From positions 8,037 to 72,036 of IMG/VR virus record IMGVR_UViG_3300037461_001312: a stretch of 64,000 nucleotides of DNA; one strand, written 5' to 3'. The notes beneath the pieces were generated by a model. The model did no database searches and was not told the origin of the DNA. It worked only from the letters and a program-made list of their open reading frames with translations. Of the stretch, positions 28,401 to 34,549 are shown one piece after another. The stretch's first letter is position 1; the number at the start of each line of letters is the position of its first letter. A program made the translations under genes and the position numbers. The stretch comes from a virus.

Positions 28401-29945
28401 TTTCTTGCGCTTCTCGGCTTCCTCCTTGGTGAGGCCCAGTGCCGACGTGGCTCCTTTGGACGCACCCGCGGCAAAGCCACCCGTTATGATGGTCAGGAAC
28501 GCTGTCGGTCCTATGACGCTGAGAGCCTCTCTGAGGATATCCGCTGTCGGGCGTATGCCCGAGTACTTCTCCACGGCCGCCTGCCCGCCAGCCTGCCCCA
28601 CTTCCGTACCTATCTCGACTCCCAGGGTCTTGAAGAAATCCATCAGCTTCTGCTTGCCGGCCCGGCCAGCCACGGCCGCCTCGTCCAAGCCCATGAGTTT
28701 GCCCAGGTACTTGGACCCGAAGTATTCGCCTATCGCCTCGATGATGCCGGTCAGCGCCGGGGCAGTGCCGTACGCCTTGGACCGCATGATCTCGGCTTCC
28801 ACCATCTTCCCATCTTTCTCCAGCTGATCCGCAGCCTCCAAGGCCAGCGCCTTGGTGTTCTCGTACTGCTGCATGCCGAAGGCGGAGGCAACGGAGAAGT
28901 CGCCGATTCTGTTAGCCATCTTGGCAGCTTTCTTCGCCTGGTCCAGCAGCGCCGCCGCCTCTTTCGCCTTGGCTGCAGCCTCTTCTACACTGCCTGCGGC
29001 CTTCAGCGCCGTCGCAACCTCGCCAACCGCCCTCGCGTCTTTCACCAGGCCACCTATGCCCATCAAGGATCTCAGACCCAGCTTTATGGCGCCGCCGGGT
29101 ATGGCCGACGGGCCGAACATCTCAGCCCCTTTGTAGGCTATCCAGTCCAGGGTCTCCTCAGGGGCTTTGCCGTACCACTCGTCGCCCTTCTTCTCCGCCC
29201 AGTCGGATATGCCCTTGCCCACACCGGCGAGCTCCTCGGCTCCCAGGACATCCCCGAAGAACTCCATCATGGAGCCGCCCAGGCCCGGGACACCAGTCGT
29301 GACGCCGCGGGCAAAGCCCAGCCCGGCGGACTTGGCAAAGGACCAGAGGCCGCCTGAGAGCTTGCTCTTCTCCGGCTCTTTTTGCTGTGGTGCTCTCGCT
29401 TCCAAGGCCCGTACTCTGGCCTTAGCCGCCTCGACATAGTCTACCCGACCTGCCCGTGCCTGCGGTCGAGGACCAAGAATCCTCTCCTCTATGCTCAGGT
29501 CTTCATCCCCCTGCTCGGGCTGTACATCCTGCGACATCCCTCCGGACTTCAGCCCGCGGGCTACGTACTCCTCCGTGTCATACGGCTCCCCGTACTTGTT
29601 TACTCCCTTCCTCGGCTCATTCGGCTGCCCACTGTTGTGCTCCCTCAGCATCTGGGCAGGCGTGTACCCCTTGCGCTTCCACTCCCGGATCTGGGCACCC
29701 ATCACGTCTTCCTGGTTCTGCGGGACGGTGATGTCCTTCTCCTCGCCGAAGTGGCGCGTGGACCAGTCCTTCCACGTCGAGTCCTTGGTGATCTGGTATT
29801 TCCCATACCCCTTCGACGGGCTCTCAACGTGATAATCGCCACGGGATCTCTCTGCCGCGGCGATCATCGACTTGATCTGCTCGACCTCGTCCTCGTCTTC
29901 AGTCCCCGGGGCCGGGCCGAGTATAGACTCCTCAATACTGAGCAT
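19422..29945 (-). CDS. Giant (3507 aa) polyvalent internal virion/ejection protein
   Basis: N-terminal lytic-transglycosylase-like segment (AAE...GKYQI...TW...HNSG...YV), long A/K/E/P-rich region, HEGTH motif, LPD38-like C-terminus; last large gene of the ejection module. Confidence 0.8.
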   Translation of the reverse strand: MLSIEESILGPAPGTEDEDEVEQIKSMIAAAERSRGDYHVESPSKGYGKYQITKDSTWKDWSTRHFGEEKDITVPQNQEDVMGAQIREWKRKGYTPAQMLREHNSGQPNEPRKGVNKYGEPYDTEEYVARGLKSGGMSQDVQPEQGDEDLSIEERILGPRPQARAGRVDYVEAAKARVRALEARAPQQKEPEKSKLSGGLWSFAKSAGLGFARGVTTGVPGLGGSMMEFFGDVLGAEELAGVGKGISDWAEKKGDEWYGKAPEETLDWIAYKGAEMFGPSAIPGGAIKLGLRSLMGIGGLVKDARAVGEVATALKAAGSVEEAAAKAKEAAALLDQAKKAAKMANRIGDFSVASAFGMQQYENTKALALEAADQLEKDGKMVEAEIMRSKAYGTAPALTGIIEAIGEYFGSKYLGKLMGLDEAAVAGRAGKQKLMDFFKTLGVEIGTEVGQAGGQAAVEKYSGIRPTADILREALSVIGPTAFLTIITGGFAAGASKGATSALGLTKEEAEKRKKEVEEELDIEELEAEAEKATPWTREMADQWVTTRNEKLAKHGITVKPGTIGEDGILHVPAEMSRPISEKDKAWDEIDARLGTGADTDENTGEVIGEDPLGRQIRVLFVEKFEKKQPKGALGKVLEGEIEVEAPAKEQEKVVEEPVAKAPEPVAKPEAKAVQPEIEAALTAAGMDVAKAPELTRLVESGEYTLEQVKEGIEKRKKVVPAAVVPEKEPAAKEPVAKAPVAKAPVAKATEPTGIDEEIARLEDEMWRKATIPEDVRLLEEQIDDRVDELRKAKVPLAKIEEDKALMKLRVAHAEAVRKRQGVKTKAETIAEKHMMALEKAEKENVEARLARQAEMLTPIEGGPRAGEDAKQFEARKQDRLNYIARVRAQQEKDSSAAAEGKRDMELADREKEAFATALKAKDEKALMATLARRYAKYADPDEIADMAKAMVDQDYRDQLLVWGMEDEGERRAEEAYRKGTVEEQLATSAAAKAKKAAQRADYAAQTGTTMGRPVERKYLKHFGNKTVFDRFMEVRAISGLDAAWDALPLIKEQVAKENAGKAEVAKEKVKAAPPKQKKVAEKPPAPDVFYNSFIGKTKDEIYNVFRDKNVTVKRVRELAKYMGITGYAKGKREDLVRKIAMQGFTEKGPVKVVKEKKTKDQERLEAIVSGEQIEAVAKGETPAPVAVEEPAVEEYAGVTDAEANAMNESIRDRARAIEILRQDSSLTMLEALGQAKAERLAGVKKIYEERASTPIEVPKGTADLQKRFSEAMVRGTVAMSGKISYNDKMVDPEDWVVAQKTQAAERNIEDRNARIRVLEGLIRTKRGSDAKELEKVSYGLPWKTAQEGIADLQAMVANAKQYVADLKTANEYWKAKQPKEAGAAAAAARKAPYVETRGILSGREAADLEEQGRLRLDFDKVEVETTNPFTKKTTTKTVYEFLGRKWGRDPNVFLVEEAGKYQGRFMRMLTPGEWLVTKEAEKEKRKGTKEKEAKVAAPKTLEDMEIPAAAGGAPTIRLLPFSAVENELIPVFNRAVISPKTGRVEVSAKGSLRGTKNAVVIETTMSPGSEEWLIGARKFLRYPESGTVRTVVVKDEKGVLRRDNSGKYDNPQDTTGGGLALSGRMPPGSTVYVMDKFRSGKPWVWIYRVGPIEPVGKRTKTLAAVTPAQLKAGPTVAEVARTVPEARFKGKDLTPVPKGMKVKQIPMREVGMTPEERYDRAQWEAEERVLTVIGIEEQHTIESVGGLLKQIYGEMATIAPALRKDEEAKSTGVKEDKLDPETKRRYKRYEARYTHAINYLENRLDKLQGKTPRHGVLTAMNRLLAPDVANVPVYISIPVEGLRKDLRAKYPRGTDTEQLMNRGDRFAITKPMGAVDLRKTVKFNRVEGVWQAVEARKDLDLRSPEGRAEWEALEGLDLGYVERTPALQRQVFAPNAVQTIFRKVGVPDEEGEGGGELAAEGYAEGRSEAAQEQIVPGAGGPGRAAAEQGGAAGVGGPAQAGQAYQPVSGEAGVHAAARAAAFAKDAKGERGGAHFVGRETFKGEHQVKIDGVIRNTVSGFQRFLRTMRNAYGGTGLVVIHANEEVLEGSSFEDIIWLNDVVASSIDNGRFIVIGHRAVGRVTPSIFHHEGTHVAHRNGYIDESTIKSINAQAVKNAKQVMAEAQRVVRSGVGKLYNAASYLVNRMEEIRTGTGIEDRLELVGNRHPKFASIIDLSNAGDRMSLEAEYDNSYWPNENTAREMAALFRAADVVVDTSDMTTAYSAMMEYLHAALATEAKVSLDDVVLNHGDLQGELLADHVASNPVLADRLFDSIAERQEREASKIPAAPGPQVRKTDMMTVQQTTGPPGQPTTNISQPPTNPNNIVRLRAMEMPETVRFMKQAMGGSLDNLSLLPDLTTKYGEKGRFNTKTGKLKLSSKIFQSEDEALSVIAQQIGRIVDWMDEHLIGPARGNILGRIAKLKKFMKKHFHDLASAPEITDELKQVSQTLIPFDEDNVDPAYRRHRYSSRELYSDAVSMLVQDPGLLQKIAPKFYAGFFEYLHKMPKVMNIYNNIQADLSDPVKLNQARLELTRKGFQDTKAKFDKEVEEEKLSQKAWWRVRAQDFYFHFIDKNQRTITAIKGLRKMGITLDPERDPLYWLSEAPYVDNLMARYQYHVNDQVIKVMVEKGIDKDDFDAYLKYGRVIEYQLKGQAFPGGYRLKTATDQYEALKGKVGSEKFHAMGELKEKLFEMRQKYVTPHVEKSEILSDENLRLMKTNKDYVHFIGAKHIDQLFTDQGIFKGLRPQVYQTTGNLDDDLLSPFLATVLKDMALIRATHQKMAVKTTVAALRAFWGDEEVKDAKHGRGGMLENAPTGFETIIMMHKGVIKGFHVRPEVAKQFKTDPYMAHHIAKTALFISNISKSIFVRYNPVWIIRNLPRDMVDSYKKMRGFTIPALVKEMIASRGVAWDYVFKDLWNSDVDEMMAGKMLVAGRAFDPTRETTDAAVSRMKQMQYMYGKDLKQADTLRKKFYNAVVAPVDKFGQFTEAWTKIASYRLSKKYVDKLKAEKDGLEAIASRSKRQDDRLKWLKDELGWVAAPKKMAYDIRNRAGTPDIYRRGNWAWLYNSIFMFSNVGKEGWREHWSALTDEYRIHGSKNLFASEYVWKTMKTTILPKMLVLAAGFGWLGDYWKKFFDNISEYNKSVNIIIPTGMTDKGESTYLRIAPDYGAQMIGSVFYRMVNLIYEGLHSDKFQYNPTEWSNFFDFVLDTNPYGSVHPLLGLSLETLDLLRGANPYDGFTSKPIVPDYIMKTGNRWLIASTFAGYAAEKMGARILGKNPAGLFTFRSETVPYQEKELYTELSEKVPILGPMAWTYWQISDYGKRQRYEWTATKAENAASQRAYDRRQAIWHSLEKQLDEGKKPTTTAANSLYRELVRNGTIDREETSWNSFKNMYTRYALRTENSREVDMIVFARTNREKAELLTTYQKVMPPEEYNKIVYHLRREGMLTSDVMSMVRKLRWQREKEGR

Positions 29946-29962
29946 CAGCGCTTTCTCCTTGC

Positions 29963-31426
29963 CTACTCGGACAGCTTAGCAAGCTCCTCCTCCAATCTCC
30001 TGGCTGTAGCTTCGTCCTTTCTCATCCTCGCTCGTCGTATCCCATACTCCAGCCTCCTTCGCTCCTCCGCCTGCTTGGTCGGCTCAATCCACTGCTTGTA
30101 AGGGATGTGACCTGTTGCGTTCGGGGGGGCCATTCCTACTCCAGGCCCTGCCATTAGCCGGCCTCCTGGAGCGCGCGGCACCGACACTGGCCTGGGCCCT
30201 TCCTCTCCCTGCTCCCGCTCCGGCTTAACCGACACAGGCTTCCTCTCCTTCTTCAGCTCCTCCGCCTCTCTCCCTATAACCCCCCTCATCTGCTCCACTC
30301 CCACCCTGGCCATGGCAATCTTCTGCTCCCTGGGAATATTCATTGGGAGGAACTTTCGCAGTAGCCCTTCGTACAGAATCCGGTCCTGGCCCATGACCCG
30401 GTACGGCGCGTCTAACTCATCCTTATCCTTCAGCTTCTTGACTATCTCCCTCTGTCCTTTCGGGCTGTTCACCTTGGCCACGCTGAGGCCCAAGACTTCC
30501 TCGCTGTGCCTCTTGTACATATTGTCGTATCCCTCATCAATCACCCTGGTGCGTTCCCTGGCCTGCTCCTCCGTCTCGTTAGCAGGACCCCCGGGGTAGA
30601 ATCCCATCTTATCCTTCTCTCCGAACTGCTGCTTCATCCGCTTCTCTTCCAAGCCGTGACGGAGCGTCAGGTTCTTCTCCGCGTGCGACAGGGCCTGGTA
30701 GTCTATCTTCTCCTGACCCTTCCTCAGCTCGGTCGCCCTGTTGCTGAATCCCGAGGCAGCGTTCAACAGTCCCTTCCTGCTTTTCTCGTCCGGAGCCTCT
30801 TCAGCTTGGTTCTTCAGCCCCTCGGCAGCCCTGTCCAAGGCGTTCGCGTCATCGAAGAGCCACTTCATCTTGCCTGGGTCTATGGACCTGTTGGCGAAAT
30901 CCCACCTTTGCCCGGTTTTCCTGTCATACAGGTCCCACCCGCCTTTAGGGTTCATGCGCACCAGTGCGGATCCGTCATCGCCCATCAGGGTGTGAGCACT
31001 GTTATAGTACTTCATGAACGTGGCCGCGTCAGGCTTTCTCCCCCGGCTGGTGGCTAATTCTTTGTATTTGCTGAAGGCCTGGGACGCGCTGGGAACATTC
31101 CCTGTCTTCTCGTACTCCTCCAGCAGCGGGCCTACTGACTCAGACATGATGTCCTCGTCCAGCTGCCCCTCCTGCCTCCGCGTCTCCTCCGCCTCGGAGA
31201 TCTTCACCTGCCTCTCCCGCAGGGACATCTCCTTGTCCACCTGCTTCTGCCTCTCCATAAACTCCTGCTTCCTGCGGTCCATCTCCTGCTGCTGCATATA
31301 GCTCTGCACCGCTTTCCAGCCAGAGTCGCCCAGCGCTCCTGCGGACCTGGGGTCGGATGCCCCGGCGAAGGCCGAGAGCGCTACAGGCAGTAGCTGCTGC
31401 ATGTCGACGTTGTCGAAGATTCCCAT
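29963..31426 (-). CDS. Putative ejection/internal virion protein (487 aa)
   Basis: Amphipathic N-terminus, charged helical body; position between the gp14-like gene and the giant protein. Confidence 0.6.
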   Translation of the reverse strand: MGIFDNVDMQQLLPVALSAFAGASDPRSAGALGDSGWKAVQSYMQQQEMDRRKQEFMERQKQVDKEMSLRERQVKISEAEETRRQEGQLDEDIMSESVGPLLEEYEKTGNVPSASQAFSKYKELATSRGRKPDAATFMKYYNSAHTLMGDDGSALVRMNPKGGWDLYDRKTGQRWDFANRSIDPGKMKWLFDDANALDRAAEGLKNQAEEAPDEKSRKGLLNAASGFSNRATELRKGQEKIDYQALSHAEKNLTLRHGLEEKRMKQQFGEKDKMGFYPGGPANETEEQARERTRVIDEGYDNMYKRHSEEVLGLSVAKVNSPKGQREIVKKLKDKDELDAPYRVMGQDRILYEGLLRKFLPMNIPREQKIAMARVGVEQMRGVIGREAEELKKERKPVSVKPEREQGEEGPRPVSVPRAPGGRLMAGPGVGMAPPNATGHIPYKQWIEPTKQAEERRRLEYGIRRARMRKDEATARRLEEELAKLSE

Positions 31427-31438
31427 GAGAGTGTCCTC

Positions 31439-31972
31439 CTATCCTCCTAAGTAATCCGCACCGCCCCAGGTGCTCGGGTCGTTGTACCCGTATCCTGAGC
31501 TCGGGTAATACATCGGCTGCTGCTGCTGCACCTGGTTCGCCGCCCTCCACATGAGGGGCGCAGAGGCTATCATCCCTGCCGACAGCGCACTGGGCTGCAC
31601 GGGCTGGTTCGGTATCGCCCCGTGCGGGGAATACAGCGTGTTGAGCGCCCGCATCTGCGGCCCGTACATGCCGGGAAATGTCTGTCCGCCGAAGTTGACG
31701 TTCATCCCCGTGGGCATGCTGCGGATCTGCCCGAGCAGCCGCTCTTGGATATCGGACGGGATGTTCTGCATCGTGTACATCGGGCGGCCCCCGGACTTGC
31801 TGTCCCCGTCGTCCTGGGTCATAGCCCCCAGCAGGGTGGCCGCACCCATGGCGATGTACGGAGCCGCCGCCGCCCAGCACCGGGCTACCGGGCCGGAGTA
31901 CTCGTAGGAGTCCTCCTCTTCCACCTTCCCGGTCGCGATGTCTATCACTATTTTGTTATAGATCTTTCCCAT
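31439..31972 (-). CDS. Ejection protein, T7 gp14-like N-terminal motif after a 31-aa leader
   Basis: True start ATG 31972 (AGGAGGAG RBS): MGKIYNKIVIDIATGKVEEEDSYEYSGPVAR-CWAAAAPYIAMGAATLLGAM. Confidence 0.75.
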   Translation of the reverse strand: MGKIYNKIVIDIATGKVEEEDSYEYSGPVARCWAAAAPYIAMGAATLLGAMTQDDGDSKSGGRPMYTMQNIPSDIQERLLGQIRSMPTGMNVNFGGQTFPGMYGPQMRALNTLYSPHGAIPNQPVQPSALSAGMIASAPLMWRAANQVQQQQPMYYPSSGYGYNDPSTWGGADYLGG

Positions 31973-31974
31973 CT

Positions 31975-32466
31975 CTACATCTCCTCCTCTCTGCACCTCG
32001 CGTCCATCGTCTCCTTCTCCAGCTTCTCCGCATCGGTGACTCTCCTCACCAAATACCCCTGTAGCTTGATCTCCTTCCCATGCTTCTTGAACAGCTTGAT
32101 CCACGCTGAGGGATCCCGGTACGTGATCCACCAGATGTCCTCCGTCCCCAGCTTCTCCTCGATCATGGAGTAGATCTTGGGCGTGATGCCGCTGTTCGGA
32201 GTGTACGCGTGGTCGATCACGATCCTCTTGCCGGTCGGGAGGATGTACAGGGACGCGATGATGAACCCCACCGGGGAGTTGTCGTCGTTCAGCACCATGC
32301 AGGACAGCTTGAACGGGTTGTGGCACTCCCGCCTGACCTGGGCCAGGATGTCCTGCGGGCTGTCGTGGTCACCCGACTTGGCGATATACTTCGGGATCAG
32401 GCTCTCCAGCAGCACCTTTTCGTACTGCCGGAACGTCTTCATTGTCGCTATCCGCTTTATTTTCAT
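31975..32466 (-). CDS. Putative GNAT-fold acetyl/acyltransferase (T7 gp13-like position)
   Basis: About 160 aa; beta-strand pattern MVLNDDNSPVGFIIA...IVIDHAY; directly upstream of the gp14-like gene. Confidence 0.5.
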   Translation of the reverse strand: MKIKRIATMKTFRQYEKVLLESLIPKYIAKSGDHDSPQDILAQVRRECHNPFKLSCMVLNDDNSPVGFIIASLYILPTGKRIVIDHAYTPNSGITPKIYSMIEEKLGTEDIWWITYRDPSAWIKLFKKHGKEIKLQGYLVRRVTDAEKLEKETMDARCREEEM

Positions 32467-33352
32467 GGAGCTCCCACTCGTCTATCTCCCGTTGGTATGG
32501 GGATTTGAAGAAATACGCGTACTGCAGGTTCTTCCTCGTGCTGGCCTCCAGGTGCGACAGGTCGTACATCTCGTCGTTGCCGAACCAGAACACCGACTGC
32601 GCCGTGTTGGGGTTCAGGTACGCCAGCCCCGGGGGCACCTGCATCTGCACGGGCCGGGGGGTCGCCAGGCAGAAACCGTTCTGGGACGGCGGCGTGTGCA
32701 GGGGCAGGTGGACCTTGTAGGGGAACACGGCGTACTTCGGGAACGCCGCCGACATCGTCCGGACCAGGCACCCTGCGGCCTTGGGCTGGACGTACGGGGA
32801 CACCATCTGCGTGGCGAACACGCCGTCTTTGGCCAGTTTCCCCTTGCGAATTTCCTCGAAATGTTCTACAGTATACAAGCCAACCGAGTAAGGGGCAGTC
32901 GGGTCAGTATAATCGGCAATGATAAGCTCATATTCCCCGGCCGTATCCTGCTCCGCGACGTCTCCCCTTACCCAGTCGGCCGCGTCGGCGTGAACGATGT
33001 CCAGCCGACTATCGTCAGGAAAGTCCAAGAAAGTCCGCGCGGTTTCCACCACATCCGGATCAAGCTCCACCAGAGTCAGCTTCTCTATGGGAAACACGGC
33101 CAGCAGCAGCCGGGCGAGGTAGCCGTCGCCGCCGCCGAGTACAGCCACGCGGCGGGCGTGCTGGGTGAACATGTACGGGATGATGCCCAGGCACTCGTGG
33201 TACCGGTGCTGGTCGTAGGTGGTGAGCTGGACTATCCCGTCGAGCGTGAGGATGCGCCCGAGGCCTTGGGCGTCCTCCCACACTTGGATCAGCTGGTACC
33301 TGCTGCGGTACTCGTAGATCCTCTTCAGTCCTTTGATGTCTTCCATTTTCAT
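32369..33352 (-). CDS. speE: Spermidine synthase (aminopropyltransferase)
   Basis: LDGIVQ, YHE, VLGGGDG, VELDPDV, ADYTDP motifs; start MKMEDIK at 33352 (ATGA-coupled). Confidence 0.9.
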   Translation of the reverse strand: MKMEDIKGLKRIYEYRSRYQLIQVWEDAQGLGRILTLDGIVQLTTYDQHRYHECLGIIPYMFTQHARRVAVLGGGDGYLARLLLAVFPIEKLTLVELDPDVVETARTFLDFPDDSRLDIVHADAADWVRGDVAEQDTAGEYELIIADYTDPTAPYSVGLYTVEHFEEIRKGKLAKDGVFATQMVSPYVQPKAAGCLVRTMSAAFPKYAVFPYKVHLPLHTPPSQNGFCLATPRPVQMQVPPGLAYLNPNTAQSVFWFGNDEMYDLSHLEASTRKNLQYAYFFKSPYQREIDEWELHENKADSDNEDVPAVRKGAAGEPDPEVYRQVG

Positions 33353-34539
33353 GCGGTTGTGTACCCCAGCATCTTGTCGTACGGAGCGTACCAATTGGGC
33401 ATCTGGTTGCTTATGCCGGTCCCGTAGTTACCATAGTTGTTGAACAGGTTCGTGTTCCAGTTCGCCGTAGCAGTGCCCAGCTGCCCGAGATTGTTTATGT
33501 TCCCCTGGTTGTAGTTCCCTGCGGCCGTGCCCAGGTTCTGCCAGCCCGTAGCTATATTCCCCTGCAGGGGGCTAAGAATATTGTACGCGCTTGTGATCGC
33601 CTGCAGCTGGTCCCCCCGCAGCTTCGCCCCGACATTGGCCATCCCGACCTGGTTCGCCCCGTACTGGTTGCCTATCGTGCCATAGTTGCTGTATCCGGTC
33701 GTGAGGTTGTTCTGGAAGTTCTGCATCTGCTGGCCCAGAGTCTGCCACCCGGTGAGGGCGTTCCACTGCCACTTGTTGTACAGGCTCCCCATCGTGTCCG
33801 TTATGCCCCTGTCCGCCGCGCTGCCGCTGGCGTACCCGGTGCGGCCCAGTGCCCGCATGACGGCCTGGACCTCAGGCAGCACCGCGCCGCGGAACGCCCC
33901 CATGTCGGACATCGCGTTGAGGATCGCCTCCTGCTGCGGGGCGTACTCCAGACCCTTGGCCTTGATAGAATCCAGGTACTCTTTCAGAGGGCCTCCGTAG
34001 AACTCCAATCCTCCGCCGCCGCCCAGCGAGCCCAAGCCATTCTGCAGGCCGGTAATGAAGTTAGTAAGATTCGTCCCGGTGCCTTTCATGTTGGCCAGCG
34101 CCGTCTCTGCGTTACCTGCATAGGGCAGGCCGGCAGCGACGTTGCTCTGGATCATGTTGTAGATCTCGTTGCCGTACGGGAGCCCTTGGGCCTGCATTTG
34201 CTGCAGCAGGGCCCACTGCGCCTGGTTCGCAGGCAGGCCGGCTATGGTATTGTACATCTCATTAGGCGTGGGGTAGTTCAGCGTCGGTGCCGCAGTGGCG
34301 TAGGCGGGCGCGCCCACGGTCGGAGGAGGAGCAAGCGATGTCCTGGGGTCGGCCCATCCGTTCCAGCTATAGTCTGGGTAACCAGGACCCGCAGCGCTGT
34401 CCCCAAGATATCCTCCACTAGAGTCCCCTGCCGTACCCATGCCGTAGCACTGCGCCACCGGCCCGTCGTACTCGTAGTAGTCCTCGTCCTCTATCCTGCC
34501 TGAGTCGATGTCGATCACTACCCTGTTGTATATCTTCAT
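33349..34539 (-). CDS. G/N/Q-rich ejection (pilot-like) protein with a 30-aa leader ending GPVAQC
   Basis: MKIYNRVVIDIDSGRIEDEDYYEYDGPVAQ-CYGMG; low-complexity Gly/Asn/Gln/Ala composition typical of DNA-transfer proteins. Confidence 0.75.
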   Translation of the reverse strand: MKIYNRVVIDIDSGRIEDEDYYEYDGPVAQCYGMGTAGDSSGGYLGDSAAGPGYPDYSWNGWADPRTSLAPPPTVGAPAYATAAPTLNYPTPNEMYNTIAGLPANQAQWALLQQMQAQGLPYGNEIYNMIQSNVAAGLPYAGNAETALANMKGTGTNLTNFITGLQNGLGSLGGGGGLEFYGGPLKEYLDSIKAKGLEYAPQQEAILNAMSDMGAFRGAVLPEVQAVMRALGRTGYASGSAADRGITDTMGSLYNKWQWNALTGWQTLGQQMQNFQNNLTTGYSNYGTIGNQYGANQVGMANVGAKLRGDQLQAITSAYNILSPLQGNIATGWQNLGTAAGNYNQGNINNLGQLGTATANWNTNLFNNYGNYGTGISNQMPNWYAPYDKMLGYTTA

Positions 34540-34549
34540 AGTCTGTCTC

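Noticed and set aside
19506-30101. Very long plus-strand ORFs (e.g. 23328-26825, 26880-29357, 20550-22880) opposite the giant gene
   Set aside because: Antisense shadows expected from strong GC3 bias (few stops on the opposite strand); no RBS, and low-complexity L/R/P/V composition
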